From NCBI GenBank assembly GCA_040905715.1, contig JBBDRA010000003.1, positions 263,142 to 327,141 on the forward strand: a stretch of DNA of 64,000 nt, given 5' to 3'. Below are positions 46,416 through 55,789 of the stretch, in pieces. Each line of letters opens with the position of its first letter. Position 1 is the stretch's first letter. The DNA is from Minisyncoccota bacterium (GTDB lineage Bacteria > Patescibacteriota > Minisyncoccia > Phycocordibacterales > CSBR16-193). The notes below the pieces were generated by a model that made no database searches, was not told the origin of the DNA, and worked only from the letters and a program-made list of their open reading frames with translations. The translations under genes and the position numbers were made by a program.

Positions 46416-47294
46416 ATGGATAAAAAAACATGGGTCATTATTAGCGTTGTTGCCTGTGTCGGACTCGGTCTTATTATTTTGTTTCTCCTTCTTCCCGGAG
46501 ATTCAGAGCCGGCCAAAACTGCAACGTCAACACCGGAGATAACAAGGGACGAGCCGGTGCGTAGCGTGATCGGTACATCGGTAGAAGGCCGTGAGATAGA
46601 GGCGTATACGTTTGGAAACAGTGAAAAACATGTTGCGTTTGTCGGAGGTATTCACGGTGGATATGAATGGAACAGCATTCTTCTGGCGTATCAAATGATG
46701 GATCATCTGGAGGAGTACCCCGAGGTGATACCAGATGATGTGCGTGTTACTATTATTCCATCGGCGAATCCTGACGGGCTGGCACGTGTTATGGGTACAA
46801 CAACCGGACGATTTGCTGCAGCTGATGCGCCGCCTACGGAGCAGACGACAGAAGGTCGGTTTAATGCGAATGGGGTTGACCTCAATCGGAACTTTGATTG
46901 TAACTGGGCGCCTGAGAGTAGTTGGCGTGGCGAGACTGTGAGCGCAGGTACCGAAGCGTTCTCAGAGCCGGAAGCTATTGCGATCCGCACCTTTGTTCAA
47001 AATACAGATCCTGATGCGGTGATCTTCTGGCACAGTGCGGCCGGGGCGGTTTACGGATCCGAGTGTAATGACGGAATCCTTCCGGGAACGCTCGAGATCA
47101 TGAATACGTACGCTGACGCTGCCGGCTATGCCGCAGTGCCGTCGTTCGATGCGTATCCTATTACCGGCGATGTGGAGGGCTGGCTGGCTTCTATCGGTGT
47201 TCCATCGATTACGGTTGAACTCAGTACGCATGAAGATCTGGAGTGGGAAAAGAACAAAGCCGGGGTAGAAGCGATCCTTCGAAGTGTTGAGTAA
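46416..47294 (+). CDS. M14-like zinc carboxypeptidase-like, membrane anchored (paralog 2)
   Basis: GGIHGGYEWNS, NPDGLA, GRFNANGVDLNRNFDCNW. Collinear with paralog 1 over the whole length. Confidence 0.6.
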   Translation: MDKKTWVIISVVACVGLGLIILFLLLPGDSEPAKTATSTPEITRDEPVRSVIGTSVEGREIEAYTFGNSEKHVAFVGGIHGGYEWNSILLAYQMMDHLEEYPEVIPDDVRVTIIPSANPDGLARVMGTTTGRFAAADAPPTEQTTEGRFNANGVDLNRNFDCNWAPESSWRGETVSAGTEAFSEPEAIAIRTFVQNTDPDAVIFWHSAAGAVYGSECNDGILPGTLEIMNTYADAAGYAAVPSFDAYPITGDVEGWLASIGVPSITVELSTHEDLEWEKNKAGVEAILRSVE

Positions 47295-47353
47295 GGGTCG
47301 GAATTAGATAGTGGGGGTGTGTATCCGTCACCGTTATCTAACGTAAAGTTCTT

Positions 47354-47596
47354 ATGGAAATACCAAAAATACCTCCCGGATATACCGGACCTGAAAATTC
47401 AAGTGACCGGGTACAGCCCGTTTCTCCGGTGCCGGAAAAACAGAAGACGAGCGCAAACCCGGAACAGAAACACCACGAACGACAGGGAAGAAGGGGGAGA
47501 GATGAGGTAATCGAAGAGGATAATAGCAATAGCTCGAAAGCAGACAGCGGACCATCGGACAACGGGCTTGGCGGAACACTTGACGTAACCGGTTAA
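47354..47596 (+). CDS. hypothetical small basic/acidic protein
   Basis: 80 aa ORF ending just before a strong bidirectional terminator. Composition is low complexity. Confidence 0.25.
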   Translation: MEIPKIPPGYTGPENSSDRVQPVSPVPEKQKTSANPEQKHHERQGRRGRDEVIEEDNSNSSKADSGPSDNGLGGTLDVTG

Positions 47597-47604
47597 CGAT
47601 CAAC

Positions 47605-47646
47605 AAAAAACTGCTTGACTCCAGATCAATGGTCAAGCAGTTTTTT
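47605..47646. terminator. bidirectional terminator
   Basis: AAAAAA-ctgcttgac-N12-gtcaagcag-TTTTTT. Confidence 0.7.
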
Positions 47647-47685
47647 AATATTCTCGGTCTAGAAAGGTAGATAGAAGATCTCGGT

Positions 47686-48021
47686 CTATTCGAACTCTTC
47701 GTCGATAGCATTAAGGTCTTCGTAAATTTCATCATCGTTGGTGCCTCTAAGTTCTTCTTCCAGGTCTTCTGTAGAATCAAGGGATGTTTCTCCTGAAGAC
47801 AACCAAAAGTAAAATCCACCAAGGCCAATGAGAAGAATAACAACTACAATAATGCCGATAACAGATCTTCCCTTGCTATTGCTCTCAGGTTCTGGATCGT
47901 GGGCCAGTAGTTGCTCGTCGATCTGATCTTGTTTCGGTGCTCTATTTTGCTCAGGTCTCTCAGAGATCGGTTGATCGTCCTGCATTTCATTGTTTTGTGG
48001 CTGATTGTCCGTCTGGTCCAT
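47686..48021 (-). CDS. hypothetical small membrane-anchored acidic protein
   Basis: 111 aa, single TM (VIGIIVVVILLIGLGGFYFW), acidic flanks. Confidence 0.4.
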   Translation of the reverse strand: MDQTDNQPQNNEMQDDQPISERPEQNRAPKQDQIDEQLLAHDPEPESNSKGRSVIGIIVVVILLIGLGGFYFWLSSGETSLDSTEDLEEELRGTNDDEIYEDLNAIDEEFE

Positions 48022-48053
48022 GATTTGTGTGCTTACTTATATGTAGATAATAA

Positions 48054-48797
48054 TTAATTTTCTTTGTTCTCTTCATCACTGGGCAAGATGTCTTTCGTGT
48101 ATGTATTCAGAGCTCTCACAACTTCTTCTTTGGATAGATGAACACTGTCCCTGGCCTCAAGCACGAACGCACGAATGCTGAGGTTTGATGCGGTACCATC
48201 AAGTTCATCTTGTATTGCAGTAAGGGTCACCTCGATGTCGTTGTGTGCGGTATCGATCGCGTCCCGTGCATCGGCTAGAGCGGCCTCACTTGAAGTTGTG
48301 TCGCTTGCGTTTTCTTCTGCTCTCGCCAGCCTCTCTTCAAGTTTATCAAGTATGTTGCTGTGGTTATCAAGTATGTTTCGTAAATTCCCGCTCAAGCGCT
48401 CAAGGATCAGAAGGACTCTATCCTTTGCTTGATGATCAAGGTCAGCTCGGCGTTCCTCACGTTCCTGAAGCAACATTTCTCGTCGCTTTGTAACCCGGTC
48501 CTGGATAGACTTGCGGCGTTCCTTGGCAAGCTCTCTCATTTCTACGCCTCGAGTGCCGGTAGCTGTCTTCATTTCGTCACGAACTTCTCGAGCTTCTTCA
48601 CGACTAGAAGTGGCTTGAGTGCCGGGTCGTTCGCGAGCGTGCTCTGCTTGCATTTCCTGTGCGTTTGCTCTTCTTTCGGTTGGCGTGGCTTTAGTAGGCT
48701 GAGCTGTTGCGATCGAAGGTGCGAGCACTGCAAGACCGAGGAGTGCACATAACACTGTCTGTGTTGGTTTCTCTGGGTGTGTCATGTATGTTGGCAT
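48054..48797 (-). CDS. secreted coiled-coil protein, hypothetical
   Basis: Start reassigned to MPTYMTHPEK.. with signal peptide LCALLGLAVLAPSIATA. The rest is Arg/Glu-rich coiled coil. The track ORF extends upstream through a palindrome and is probably too long. Confidence 0.45.
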   Translation of the reverse strand: MPTYMTHPEKPTQTVLCALLGLAVLAPSIATAQPTKATPTERRANAQEMQAEHARERPGTQATSSREEAREVRDEMKTATGTRGVEMRELAKERRKSIQDRVTKRREMLLQEREERRADLDHQAKDRVLLILERLSGNLRNILDNHSNILDKLEERLARAEENASDTTSSEAALADARDAIDTAHNDIEVTLTAIQDELDGTASNLSIRAFVLEARDSVHLSKEEVVRALNTYTKDILPSDEENKEN

Positions 48798-48930
48798 CTT
48801 ATTATTTGATAATTCTATGTTGCGTGTACAAGAATACGTACTGTCGCTTGGGCAATTATTGCATAGTTCCGTTAGGTTTTCTGTGTGGATAGTCAGTCTC
48901 GTGTAAAAAAACACGTAAAAAACCGTAAAG

Positions 48931-48986
48931 AAAACACGTATCAGTTTATCCGATACGTGTTTTCTGTGTACCTTGTGCACAAGGTA
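48931..48986. promoter_or_regulatory. two adjacent perfect palindromes (aaaacacgtatc-N9-gatacgtgtttt and gtaccttgtgcacaaggtac) in a divergent promoter region; operator candidates
   Basis: The 12-bp arms and the 20-bp palindrome are exact. A direct repeat aaaacacgta also occurs at 48907-48916. Confidence 0.4.
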
Positions 48987-49412
48987 CACGCGCTTTGCTC
49001 CATTATGCCTCGGGGCAGGGGTGAGAGTTCTCAGCTTTCACTTCTGCCATACAGACCGGAGGTTTTAGGCGGCTGTCGATGAAGCTATTTCATCAAGCTT
49101 TTCATTAAATTTGGGGAGTTTTCTCTTCCAAGGTCGTCTGAGTAGGCGGCCCTGGAGCAAGAGCGCAGAATGGATAAGATCACACCTTCACCGATCAGGT
49201 TTTTGCCCTTACAGAGTCGGTCTGATCGCACCGTTCTATCATTCATCCTCATCCAACAATTCATTCATCACGTCGGTAGTTGCCCCTCTCATGGTGACAA
49301 CTGTCGTCTATTATATCGAAGGGAATTAGGCAATTCAAAATAAAAGATGTGGATAAGGTAGTGAGAAGACACGCAGTCAGTTACGTATATTAGCTCATGT
49401 TACAATAGACGA

Positions 49413-49967
49413 ATGAGTGAATCTCTTACGTATACTATTCGCCGTGTGCGACGAGCGAAACGAATGAGAATTATCATTCATCAAGACGGTACTGTTGTGG
49501 TGACCAAACCGTGGTGGGCACGGAAGAAAACAGCTGAGGCGTTCCTTTTGAAAAATCAAGAATGGGTTCTTGAAAAAGTTCGGGCGATAACAACAGGTGC
49601 CGATCCGGACCTTACTTCTACAGACGAACATCATTACGAGGAACATAAAGAGGCGGCCCGGGCACTCGTTCATGCAAAACTCGAGCAATGGAATCGCTTG
49701 TATGCGTTCACGTATCATCGCGTTTCAATTCGCAACCAAAAAACGAGATGGGGGAGCTGTAGCGCCTCCGGTAATTTGAATTTTAGCTACAAGATATTGT
49801 TTTTGCCGGAGCGGCTGCAAGACTATCTTGTTGTTCATGAACTGTGTCATCTTAAAGAGATGAATCACTCACAACGTTTCTGGGCGCTGGTCGGACAGGC
49901 ATTACCGGGATATCGAACGCTGTATAAAGAACTTCATCTTCAAGGCGATACAGTTGATCAGGAGTAA
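49413..49967 (+). CDS. DUF45/YgjP-like (SprT/WLM-type) zinc metallopeptidase
   Basis: HEXXH in VVHELCHLKEMNH, and KTRWGSCS upstream, typical of the M48-like YgjP family. Confidence 0.7.
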   Translation: MSESLTYTIRRVRRAKRMRIIIHQDGTVVVTKPWWARKKTAEAFLLKNQEWVLEKVRAITTGADPDLTSTDEHHYEEHKEAARALVHAKLEQWNRLYAFTYHRVSIRNQKTRWGSCSASGNLNFSYKILFLPERLQDYLVVHELCHLKEMNHSQRFWALVGQALPGYRTLYKELHLQGDTVDQE

Positions 49968-50002
49968 CAAAATGCATACCCATATAGTAAAATATAGTAC
50001 GT

Positions 50003-51124
50003 ATGGCAACATTTATTTTCGATACAACACAGAATGCGGATCTCTATTATGCCATCCGACGATCAATGGATGATCCGGTATTTTTTCTTGAGCAGGACAG
50101 CGGGAAGCAGTTTGTTTTTTTGAATAAGATTGAATATGGCGCTTTTACTGAGCAGAACTCTGTGCCGAGCTTAACCGCGATCGAGCTTGAACCTTTTATC
50201 GATCGAGCAAAGGGAATTGAAGGAGATGATCCTCTACGCTTAAAAGTGGCTCTGATTATTTTAAAAGAGTACGGATTGGAGGAACAAGCTATAACTGTGC
50301 CGGCGAGCTTCCCGGTTCAGATGGCGGACTATCTTAGGAAGAACTCTATTGCGCTTAAGCCTGACTCATCGCTATTCCCGGGTCGAGCTTGTAAGAAAGA
50401 TGGTGAGATCAACGCTCTGCGCAAGAGTTTGACAAATACCGCTGATGCGTTTGCCTTTGTCGAGGGCATGCTACAGGAGGCATCGATCAGAAATAGCGAG
50501 CTTATGCTTGCCGGAGAAGTGTTGACGAGCGAGCGTGTTAAACGAGAGGTTGCAAAGTTCCTGTTTGATCGAGACATGGTGAGCGATTCTGGCATTATTG
50601 TCGCGAGCGGTGCGCAGACCGCGATGCCTCACCATGGTGGTGCCGGGGCGCTTTTGGCGAACGAGCCGATCATTGTTGATATATTTCCCCGAGATCAGCA
50701 TACCGGTTATTACGGTGATATGACCAGGACATATATTAGAGGAGAGCCATCAGAGCGTGTTAGAGTGATGTACCAGGCCGTACATGAAGCGCATCAGGTC
50801 GCGTTTGGCATGTTGGCTTCCGGGGTACCTGCTCGTGAGGTGCACAAAGCGGCCGCTGCAGTGTTCGAGCGACACGGTTTTATAACAGATGAAGATTCCG
50901 GATTTATTCATGCGACCGGACACGGTCTTGGTGTTGCTGTGCATGAGGCACCCGCGGTCTCAGCAAGCAGTGAGGACACCCTTGAGGCGGGTAATGTTAT
51001 AACCATTGAACCGGGTCTATATTATTCTGAAAGCGGTGGCGTTCGGATCGAAGACGTTGCTCTCATTACGGATGACGGGTACGTAACACTTTGTGACGAT
51101 CAGGTTGATGAATGGGTCATCTAA
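50003..51124 (+). CDS. M24 family metallopeptidase (Xaa-Pro aminopeptidase / prolidase type)
   Basis: Creatinase-like N-domain. C-terminal pita-bread domain with DMTRTY, HATGHGLGVAVHEAP, VITIEPGLY, GVRIEDV. Confidence 0.8.
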   Translation: MATFIFDTTQNADLYYAIRRSMDDPVFFLEQDSGKQFVFLNKIEYGAFTEQNSVPSLTAIELEPFIDRAKGIEGDDPLRLKVALIILKEYGLEEQAITVPASFPVQMADYLRKNSIALKPDSSLFPGRACKKDGEINALRKSLTNTADAFAFVEGMLQEASIRNSELMLAGEVLTSERVKREVAKFLFDRDMVSDSGIIVASGAQTAMPHHGGAGALLANEPIIVDIFPRDQHTGYYGDMTRTYIRGEPSERVRVMYQAVHEAHQVAFGMLASGVPAREVHKAAAAVFERHGFITDEDSGFIHATGHGLGVAVHEAPAVSASSEDTLEAGNVITIEPGLYYSESGGVRIEDVALITDDGYVTLCDDQVDEWVI

Positions 51125-51131
51125 AACCTAT

Positions 51132-51509
51132 ATGAAACACAACAAAACAGATGCCGAGTGGCACAATTTGCTTACTCCACAACAGTATCGGGTGATGCGT
51201 GAGCAGGGGACCGAACCACCTTTCTCAGGGAAACTCATTGAAAAAAATGAGGGAGGTGTGTATACGTGCAGCGCATGCGGCAGCGAGTTGTTTTCCGTTG
51301 ACGCAAAATTCGAGAGTGGAAGCGGCTGGCCGAGTTTCGATAAAGCCATCAAGGGAGCAGTGATCTTCAATGAAGACGATTCCGGCCTCGAGAAGCGAGT
51401 CGAAGTGCAGTGTGCGGATTGCGGCTCTCATTTGGGTCACGTGTTTAATGACGGGCCGGAAGAGTCAACCGGTAAGCGTTACTGTATTAATGCAGTTTGC
51501 TTGAAGTAA
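51132..51509 (+). CDS. msrB: peptide-methionine (R)-S-oxide reductase
   Basis: CSACGSELF...GSGWPSF...RVEVQCADCGSHLGHVFNDGP is the SelR/MsrB signature with the zinc CxxC pairs. Confidence 0.9.
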   Translation: MKHNKTDAEWHNLLTPQQYRVMREQGTEPPFSGKLIEKNEGGVYTCSACGSELFSVDAKFESGSGWPSFDKAIKGAVIFNEDDSGLEKRVEVQCADCGSHLGHVFNDGPEESTGKRYCINAVCLK

Positions 51510-51566
51510 AAAATAGATAAATAGTTAGAATAGGAGTTACGTACAAGAAGGCCGCCCATTTCTGGT

Positions 51567-52739
51567 ATGATAGGAAGTATTATGTTCAAACGTCTACGAC
51601 AATCACTCGGCCTACGATTTAAACGACGTTTGACCCGTTGGCAGGCGTGGTTTGAGCGCAATGAAAGAGTAATCGTCCCGCTCGCTCTTTTAGGGGGTTT
51701 TATATTTGATTTCCTCACCTTGACCAGGATCGATCAGCTGTACGAGAACCTTGTTTTGTTAGCGTACCTTGTGTTGGCAGCAGCAGGTATTACGTTCGTT
51801 CACTTCTACGAAAGCTGGACCTATCATCGTATGGTCCGAGAGAACGGCTTTGTCGATCGCATGCTTGGCTATCTGCATGCGCCAACGCCGTTTATTATAC
51901 AGTTCGCATTCGGTGCGTTGTTCAGCGGTTTTTCAGTTTTCTATATGCGAAGCGGCGCCTTCACCGCCAGTTGGCCGTGGTTTTTGGTGTTGGTCGGTCT
52001 CATGGTCGGTAACGAGTTTTTCCGTAAACAGTATATACGACTGTCGTTTCAAGTAGCTGTTTTCTTCTTTGCACTATATTCATACGCTATCTTCTCCGTG
52101 CCAATGCTGGTCGGTGCGATCGGGTGGTGGGTGTTTCTCCTAAGTGGCATCGTTTCGTTTGTTTTGATCTTTGGATTTCTATACTTCTTGAGATCAATTA
52201 TCCCGACAAGATTTAATCAAAGCAAAAACGGCCTCTTGGCAGCAATTATCGGCATTTTTGCTGTTGTTAATGTTTTCTACTTTACGAACATTCTTCCTCC
52301 GATCCCGCTGTCATTGAAAGATATCGGTGTGCATCATCATATCACTCGTGCTGATGGTGGTGGGTACAACGTAATTACCGAACCGCGTCCCTGGTATAAC
52401 TTCTTTTCATTCTCAGATGACCATCATGTGATAGAGGGAGATGACGCGTATGTTTTTAGTGCCGTCTTTGCTCCAACCGGTCTTCAAACCGAGGTGGCCC
52501 ATCACTGGTACTTTTATAACGAGAAGACGTCGCGCTGGATTAGTCAGAACCGGGTGTCGTTTGCAGTTATCGGCGGACGAGATGGCGGTTTCCGTGGTTA
52601 TTCTCGCAAAGACAGTATATCGCCTGGTAGTTGGCGGGTAGACGTAGAGACGCCAAGCGGACAGTTGATCGGGCGGATCAGGTTCAATGCCATTCGAGTT
52701 GCCGGTACTCCTGATCTTGAGACAAGGATTATTGAGTAG
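51567..52739 (+). CDS. hypothetical polytopic membrane protein with C-terminal soluble domain
   Basis: About 7 TM helices then a ~120-aa beta-rich domain. No motifs. Confidence 0.4.
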   Translation: MIGSIMFKRLRQSLGLRFKRRLTRWQAWFERNERVIVPLALLGGFIFDFLTLTRIDQLYENLVLLAYLVLAAAGITFVHFYESWTYHRMVRENGFVDRMLGYLHAPTPFIIQFAFGALFSGFSVFYMRSGAFTASWPWFLVLVGLMVGNEFFRKQYIRLSFQVAVFFFALYSYAIFSVPMLVGAIGWWVFLLSGIVSFVLIFGFLYFLRSIIPTRFNQSKNGLLAAIIGIFAVVNVFYFTNILPPIPLSLKDIGVHHHITRADGGGYNVITEPRPWYNFFSFSDDHHVIEGDDAYVFSAVFAPTGLQTEVAHHWYFYNEKTSRWISQNRVSFAVIGGRDGGFRGYSRKDSISPGSWRVDVETPSGQLIGRIRFNAIRVAGTPDLETRIIE

Positions 52740-52759
52740 AGGTGTGCTGTGCTTACAAA

Positions 52760-52797
52760 TATATAATGAAAAACCCCTGCGAGCGTGTCGCAGGGGG
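52760..52797 (-). terminator. terminator for the RD-rich protein gene (minus strand)
   Basis: cccctgcga / tcgcagggg 9-bp stem. The minus strand reads TTTTTCATTATATATTT after it. Confidence 0.6.
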
Positions 52798-52824
52798 AGA
52801 GGGAGAAGGCGATGAGGTCGCTGC

Positions 52825-53307
52825 TTAGTGCCGGTATCGACGATCACGTCGATCACGTCGACGATAATCTCGATCATCGTCGTAGCTTATCCGGTTACGG
52901 TCTCGTCGGTCACCGTAGTCGCGCCGACCAGAGTCCCAGCGGGAATCACGATCGTGACTTTCCCAAACGCAGTTCCGGTTATCACGACGGTCACTAAATC
53001 TTCCAGTGTGGCGTTCACGACCAAAGCGTCGATCAGTCCGCACTTCGATCGGGTATAAACTTCGTTCTGGTCTCACGGTAATCGTGCTGCGTGGTTGGCG
53101 AACTCGTCGATCGTTCCGATCACTGTGCTGACCTCGCTCGAGATACTCAATGCGCTCCTTCAGGACAGCAGTTTCTCGTTCAAGCTGTTGGACGCGGTCT
53201 TCGAGATCGTTGACCTTCTGGTCGTTGCCTGTCTGACCGTACGCCATTGTATGGAGTCCCAGTAGGAACATCAGTGTCGCCACGGTAGCAGGGACAAGAA
53301 TTCTCAT
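52825..53307 (-). CDS. secreted protein with coiled coil and Arg/Asp-rich (RD-repeat) C-terminal tail
   Basis: Signal peptide MRILVPATVATLMFLLGLHTMAYG, coiled coil (LEDRVQQLERETAVLKERIEYLE), then an RDRRDR-type low-complexity tail. Confidence 0.5.
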   Translation of the reverse strand: MRILVPATVATLMFLLGLHTMAYGQTGNDQKVNDLEDRVQQLERETAVLKERIEYLERGQHSDRNDRRVRQPRSTITVRPERSLYPIEVRTDRRFGRERHTGRFSDRRDNRNCVWESHDRDSRWDSGRRDYGDRRDRNRISYDDDRDYRRRDRRDRRYRH

Positions 53308-53432
53308 CTTTATTCTCCCGTGTAAAATGTGCAAAAGTACAAATCAAACGTGTTTAGTTATACATTACCTATAAAAACGTGTTGTGTCAATAGGGCTTGC
53401 CGGAGGATGTATATGCTACACTTACTGGTACT

Positions 53433-54296
53433 ATGCTACGAATCGGAGCACATAAATCCAGTTCGGGTGGTTACACGACAGGCGTTGCGGAGGTACATGA
53501 AATAGGCGGTAACTGTCTTCAGATCTTTTCGTCTGCGCCACGAAATTGGCGACCGGGTAATCCTACTGAGGAGGATAAGCAAACATTCCTAGAACTTCGT
53601 AAAGAATATGATATCGATCCGGTATATTTTCACGCCTCGTACATGATCAATCTAGCTGGAAGTCCGGAAAACCGAGAGAAATCTATTAACGCGCTGGTAG
53701 CTGAACTTGTTATAGCTCATAAGTTCAATGTGCGCGGAAGCGTGATCCATCTTGGTTCATTTAAAAACGGCGTACGAGAAACAAATGATCAGGGATTATT
53801 CGCAGAAGAAGCAGCGTATGACGTTCTGTTCAAAAGTATTGAGCGAATACTTACAGAGACGCCTGACGACATCTTGTTCATTATTGAGAACATGGGCATG
53901 CGCAAGATAGGCATGTCGCTTGAGGAGATCGGTTATATTGTGAAGAAACTCAATTCTCCACGAGTGAAGATTTGCCTTGATACTTGTCATTTGCACGCTG
54001 CGGGGTACGACATCTCTTCGCCGGAAAAGCTCGATGCTTTTTTGGACAAGTTCGATCAACTGATCGGACTGGATCTGCTTGAGCTGTGGCATGTAAACGA
54101 TAGTCGCGATACATTCGGCGCCTTGCGTGATCGTCACGAGAACATTGGTGAAGGTAGTGTGGGAAGTGGTGTTTTTGAGGCACTGATAAACAGCACTCGT
54201 GTTAATGATAGACCGTTTATAATTGAGACACCAGGCTTTAGCGGCGGTGGACCTGACAAAGAAAATCTAGATCGACTTAAAGCTTTTGTCCACTGA
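53433..54296 (+). CDS. nfo: endonuclease IV (AP endonuclease, TIM-barrel)
   Basis: MLRIGAH.S..GG start, HASYMINL, ICLDTCHLHAAGYD, WHVNDS are Endo IV zinc-ligand blocks. Confidence 0.85.
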   Translation: MLRIGAHKSSSGGYTTGVAEVHEIGGNCLQIFSSAPRNWRPGNPTEEDKQTFLELRKEYDIDPVYFHASYMINLAGSPENREKSINALVAELVIAHKFNVRGSVIHLGSFKNGVRETNDQGLFAEEAAYDVLFKSIERILTETPDDILFIIENMGMRKIGMSLEEIGYIVKKLNSPRVKICLDTCHLHAAGYDISSPEKLDAFLDKFDQLIGLDLLELWHVNDSRDTFGALRDRHENIGEGSVGSGVFEALINSTRVNDRPFIIETPGFSGGGPDKENLDRLKAFVH

Positions 54297-54400
54297 GATG
54301 TGAGACGACACTGAATAAAATAGTTATCCACTTATACCTTCGGCAATATTGACAAAAAGGTTATATAATGAGGAAAGAAGAGATTATTATATAATGTACA

Positions 54401-54805
54401 TTGCTTGTGGAATTTTCAACAGAATTACTCGGAAAAATAGCCAGCGTTTATTTACTCATCGTTGGTATTTCGTTGTTGGTGAGACAGAAGAGCTGGATGT
54501 CGATCGTGAGAAAGATCCAGACAAGGCCGGGTACGCTTATGCTCGTTGCGTTTGCTGAGCTTGCGCTTGGTCTGCTTATTGTTATTACCCACAACGTATG
54601 GGTCACTGATTGGGCGGTGGTTGTAACTATTATCGGATGGTTAATGGTGGTAGAAGGTATCATGAATATGGTCCTTCCCCACGGTGTTATCGAGCGAATG
54701 ATCAAGTACTTTAACAAACCTAAATGGTATGTTGTTGGAGGCATCTTCTCGATCATGGTCGGTGTGTATCTGGCATCATTCTCATTTGGACTTGCTTTGT
54801 TCTAA
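54401..54805 (+). CDS. hypothetical small membrane protein
   Basis: 134 aa, 4 TM helices. Confidence 0.4.
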   Translation: MLVEFSTELLGKIASVYLLIVGISLLVRQKSWMSIVRKIQTRPGTLMLVAFAELALGLLIVITHNVWVTDWAVVVTIIGWLMVVEGIMNMVLPHGVIERMIKYFNKPKWYVVGGIFSIMVGVYLASFSFGLALF

Positions 54806-54943
54806 CCACTGACTCGGTCATTGAGCAAAGATGTAAAAACCGTTCGCTAGTGGGCGGTTTTTGCTATTGTCTAGCGCATGTTCTCTTGATGTGTGTGAGG
54901 TTGTATTGAGTTAGTGGAGTGGGTGATATGGTATGATGCTTCT

Positions 54944-55789
54944 ATGAGTCAAGATAAATACAGTGCGGTGTGGGTATCGTATTCAGGATTAAGTACGTTC
55001 CTGAAATGTCCGCGAGCCTATTACCTACAGTATATGTATAAAGATCCGCAAACGCGACGCAAGATCTCTGAGATGACCCCGCACCTTGCACTTGGTCAGG
55101 TTGTGCACAATACGATCGAGCCGTTGGCGAACGTCCCGGCTGAAAAACGATTCGATCAGCCGATCATGGATATTTTTGAGCGCCACTGGTCTACGATCAG
55201 TGGCGAGAAAGGTGGGTTTATAAGCATTGAGGAGGAAGTAGAAATGAAAGAACGAGGTAGATCTATGATCAAACGAGTTGTTGAGCATCCGGGCGCATTA
55301 AAACGAAAAGCAACTCGCATTCCTCCGACGCCGAGTGGTATGCCACCAAACTTTTATCTTTCTGAGGAGGATAACATTATTCTATGCGGAAGTATCGACT
55401 GGCTCGAGTATCTTGAGGACACAGACAGCGTCCACATAATTGATTTTAAAACCGGTAAACGAGAAGAAGAGGGCAGATCGTTGCAGCTGCCGATGTATTT
55501 ATTGCTTGCACGTAATTTACAAAAACGTTCGGTAGCAAAGGCGAGTTACTGGTATCTCGATCGATCAGATACTCTTGATGAAAAAGAGTTGCCGACATAC
55601 GAGGATGCATTTGAGCAAGTTTTAACTGAGTCAAGAAAGTTAAAAAAAGCACGAGAAGCAAAGGATCTTTCTTGCCCGCAGGGCGGCAGCTGTTTTGCCT
55701 GTAGTTCATTTGAGAAAATTATTGTGGGCGAAGCGACCTGTATTGGTTCAAATGAGATGAATAAAGACGTGTATGTCGTATCTCGCTAA
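54944..55789 (+). CDS. PD-(D/E)XK nuclease, Cas4/RecB-like with Fe-S cysteines
   Basis: N-terminal KCPRAYY Cys; GSIDWLEY / HIIDFKTGK (D, D/ExK); QLPMYLLL (QhxxY); C-terminal CPQGGSCFAC (C-x5-C-x2-C). Confidence 0.7.
   Translation: MSQDKYSAVWVSYSGLSTFLKCPRAYYLQYMYKDPQTRRKISEMTPHLALGQVVHNTIEPLANVPAEKRFDQPIMDIFERHWSTISGEKGGFISIEEEVEMKERGRSMIKRVVEHPGALKRKATRIPPTPSGMPPNFYLSEEDNIILCGSIDWLEYLEDTDSVHIIDFKTGKREEEGRSLQLPMYLLLARNLQKRSVAKASYWYLDRSDTLDEKELPTYEDAFEQVLTESRKLKKAREAKDLSCPQGGSCFACSSFEKIIVGEATCIGSNEMNKDVYVVSR

Noticed and set aside
49000-49412. Possible structured ncRNA (RNase P / SRP / tmRNA) in the 400-nt gap upstream of the DUF45 gene
   Set aside because: None of the conserved cores (GGAAAGUCCGG, GGAAGCAGCC, tmRNA 5'-GGGG/3'-CCA with T-arm) could be found by eye. 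Left as unannotated intergenic sequence.
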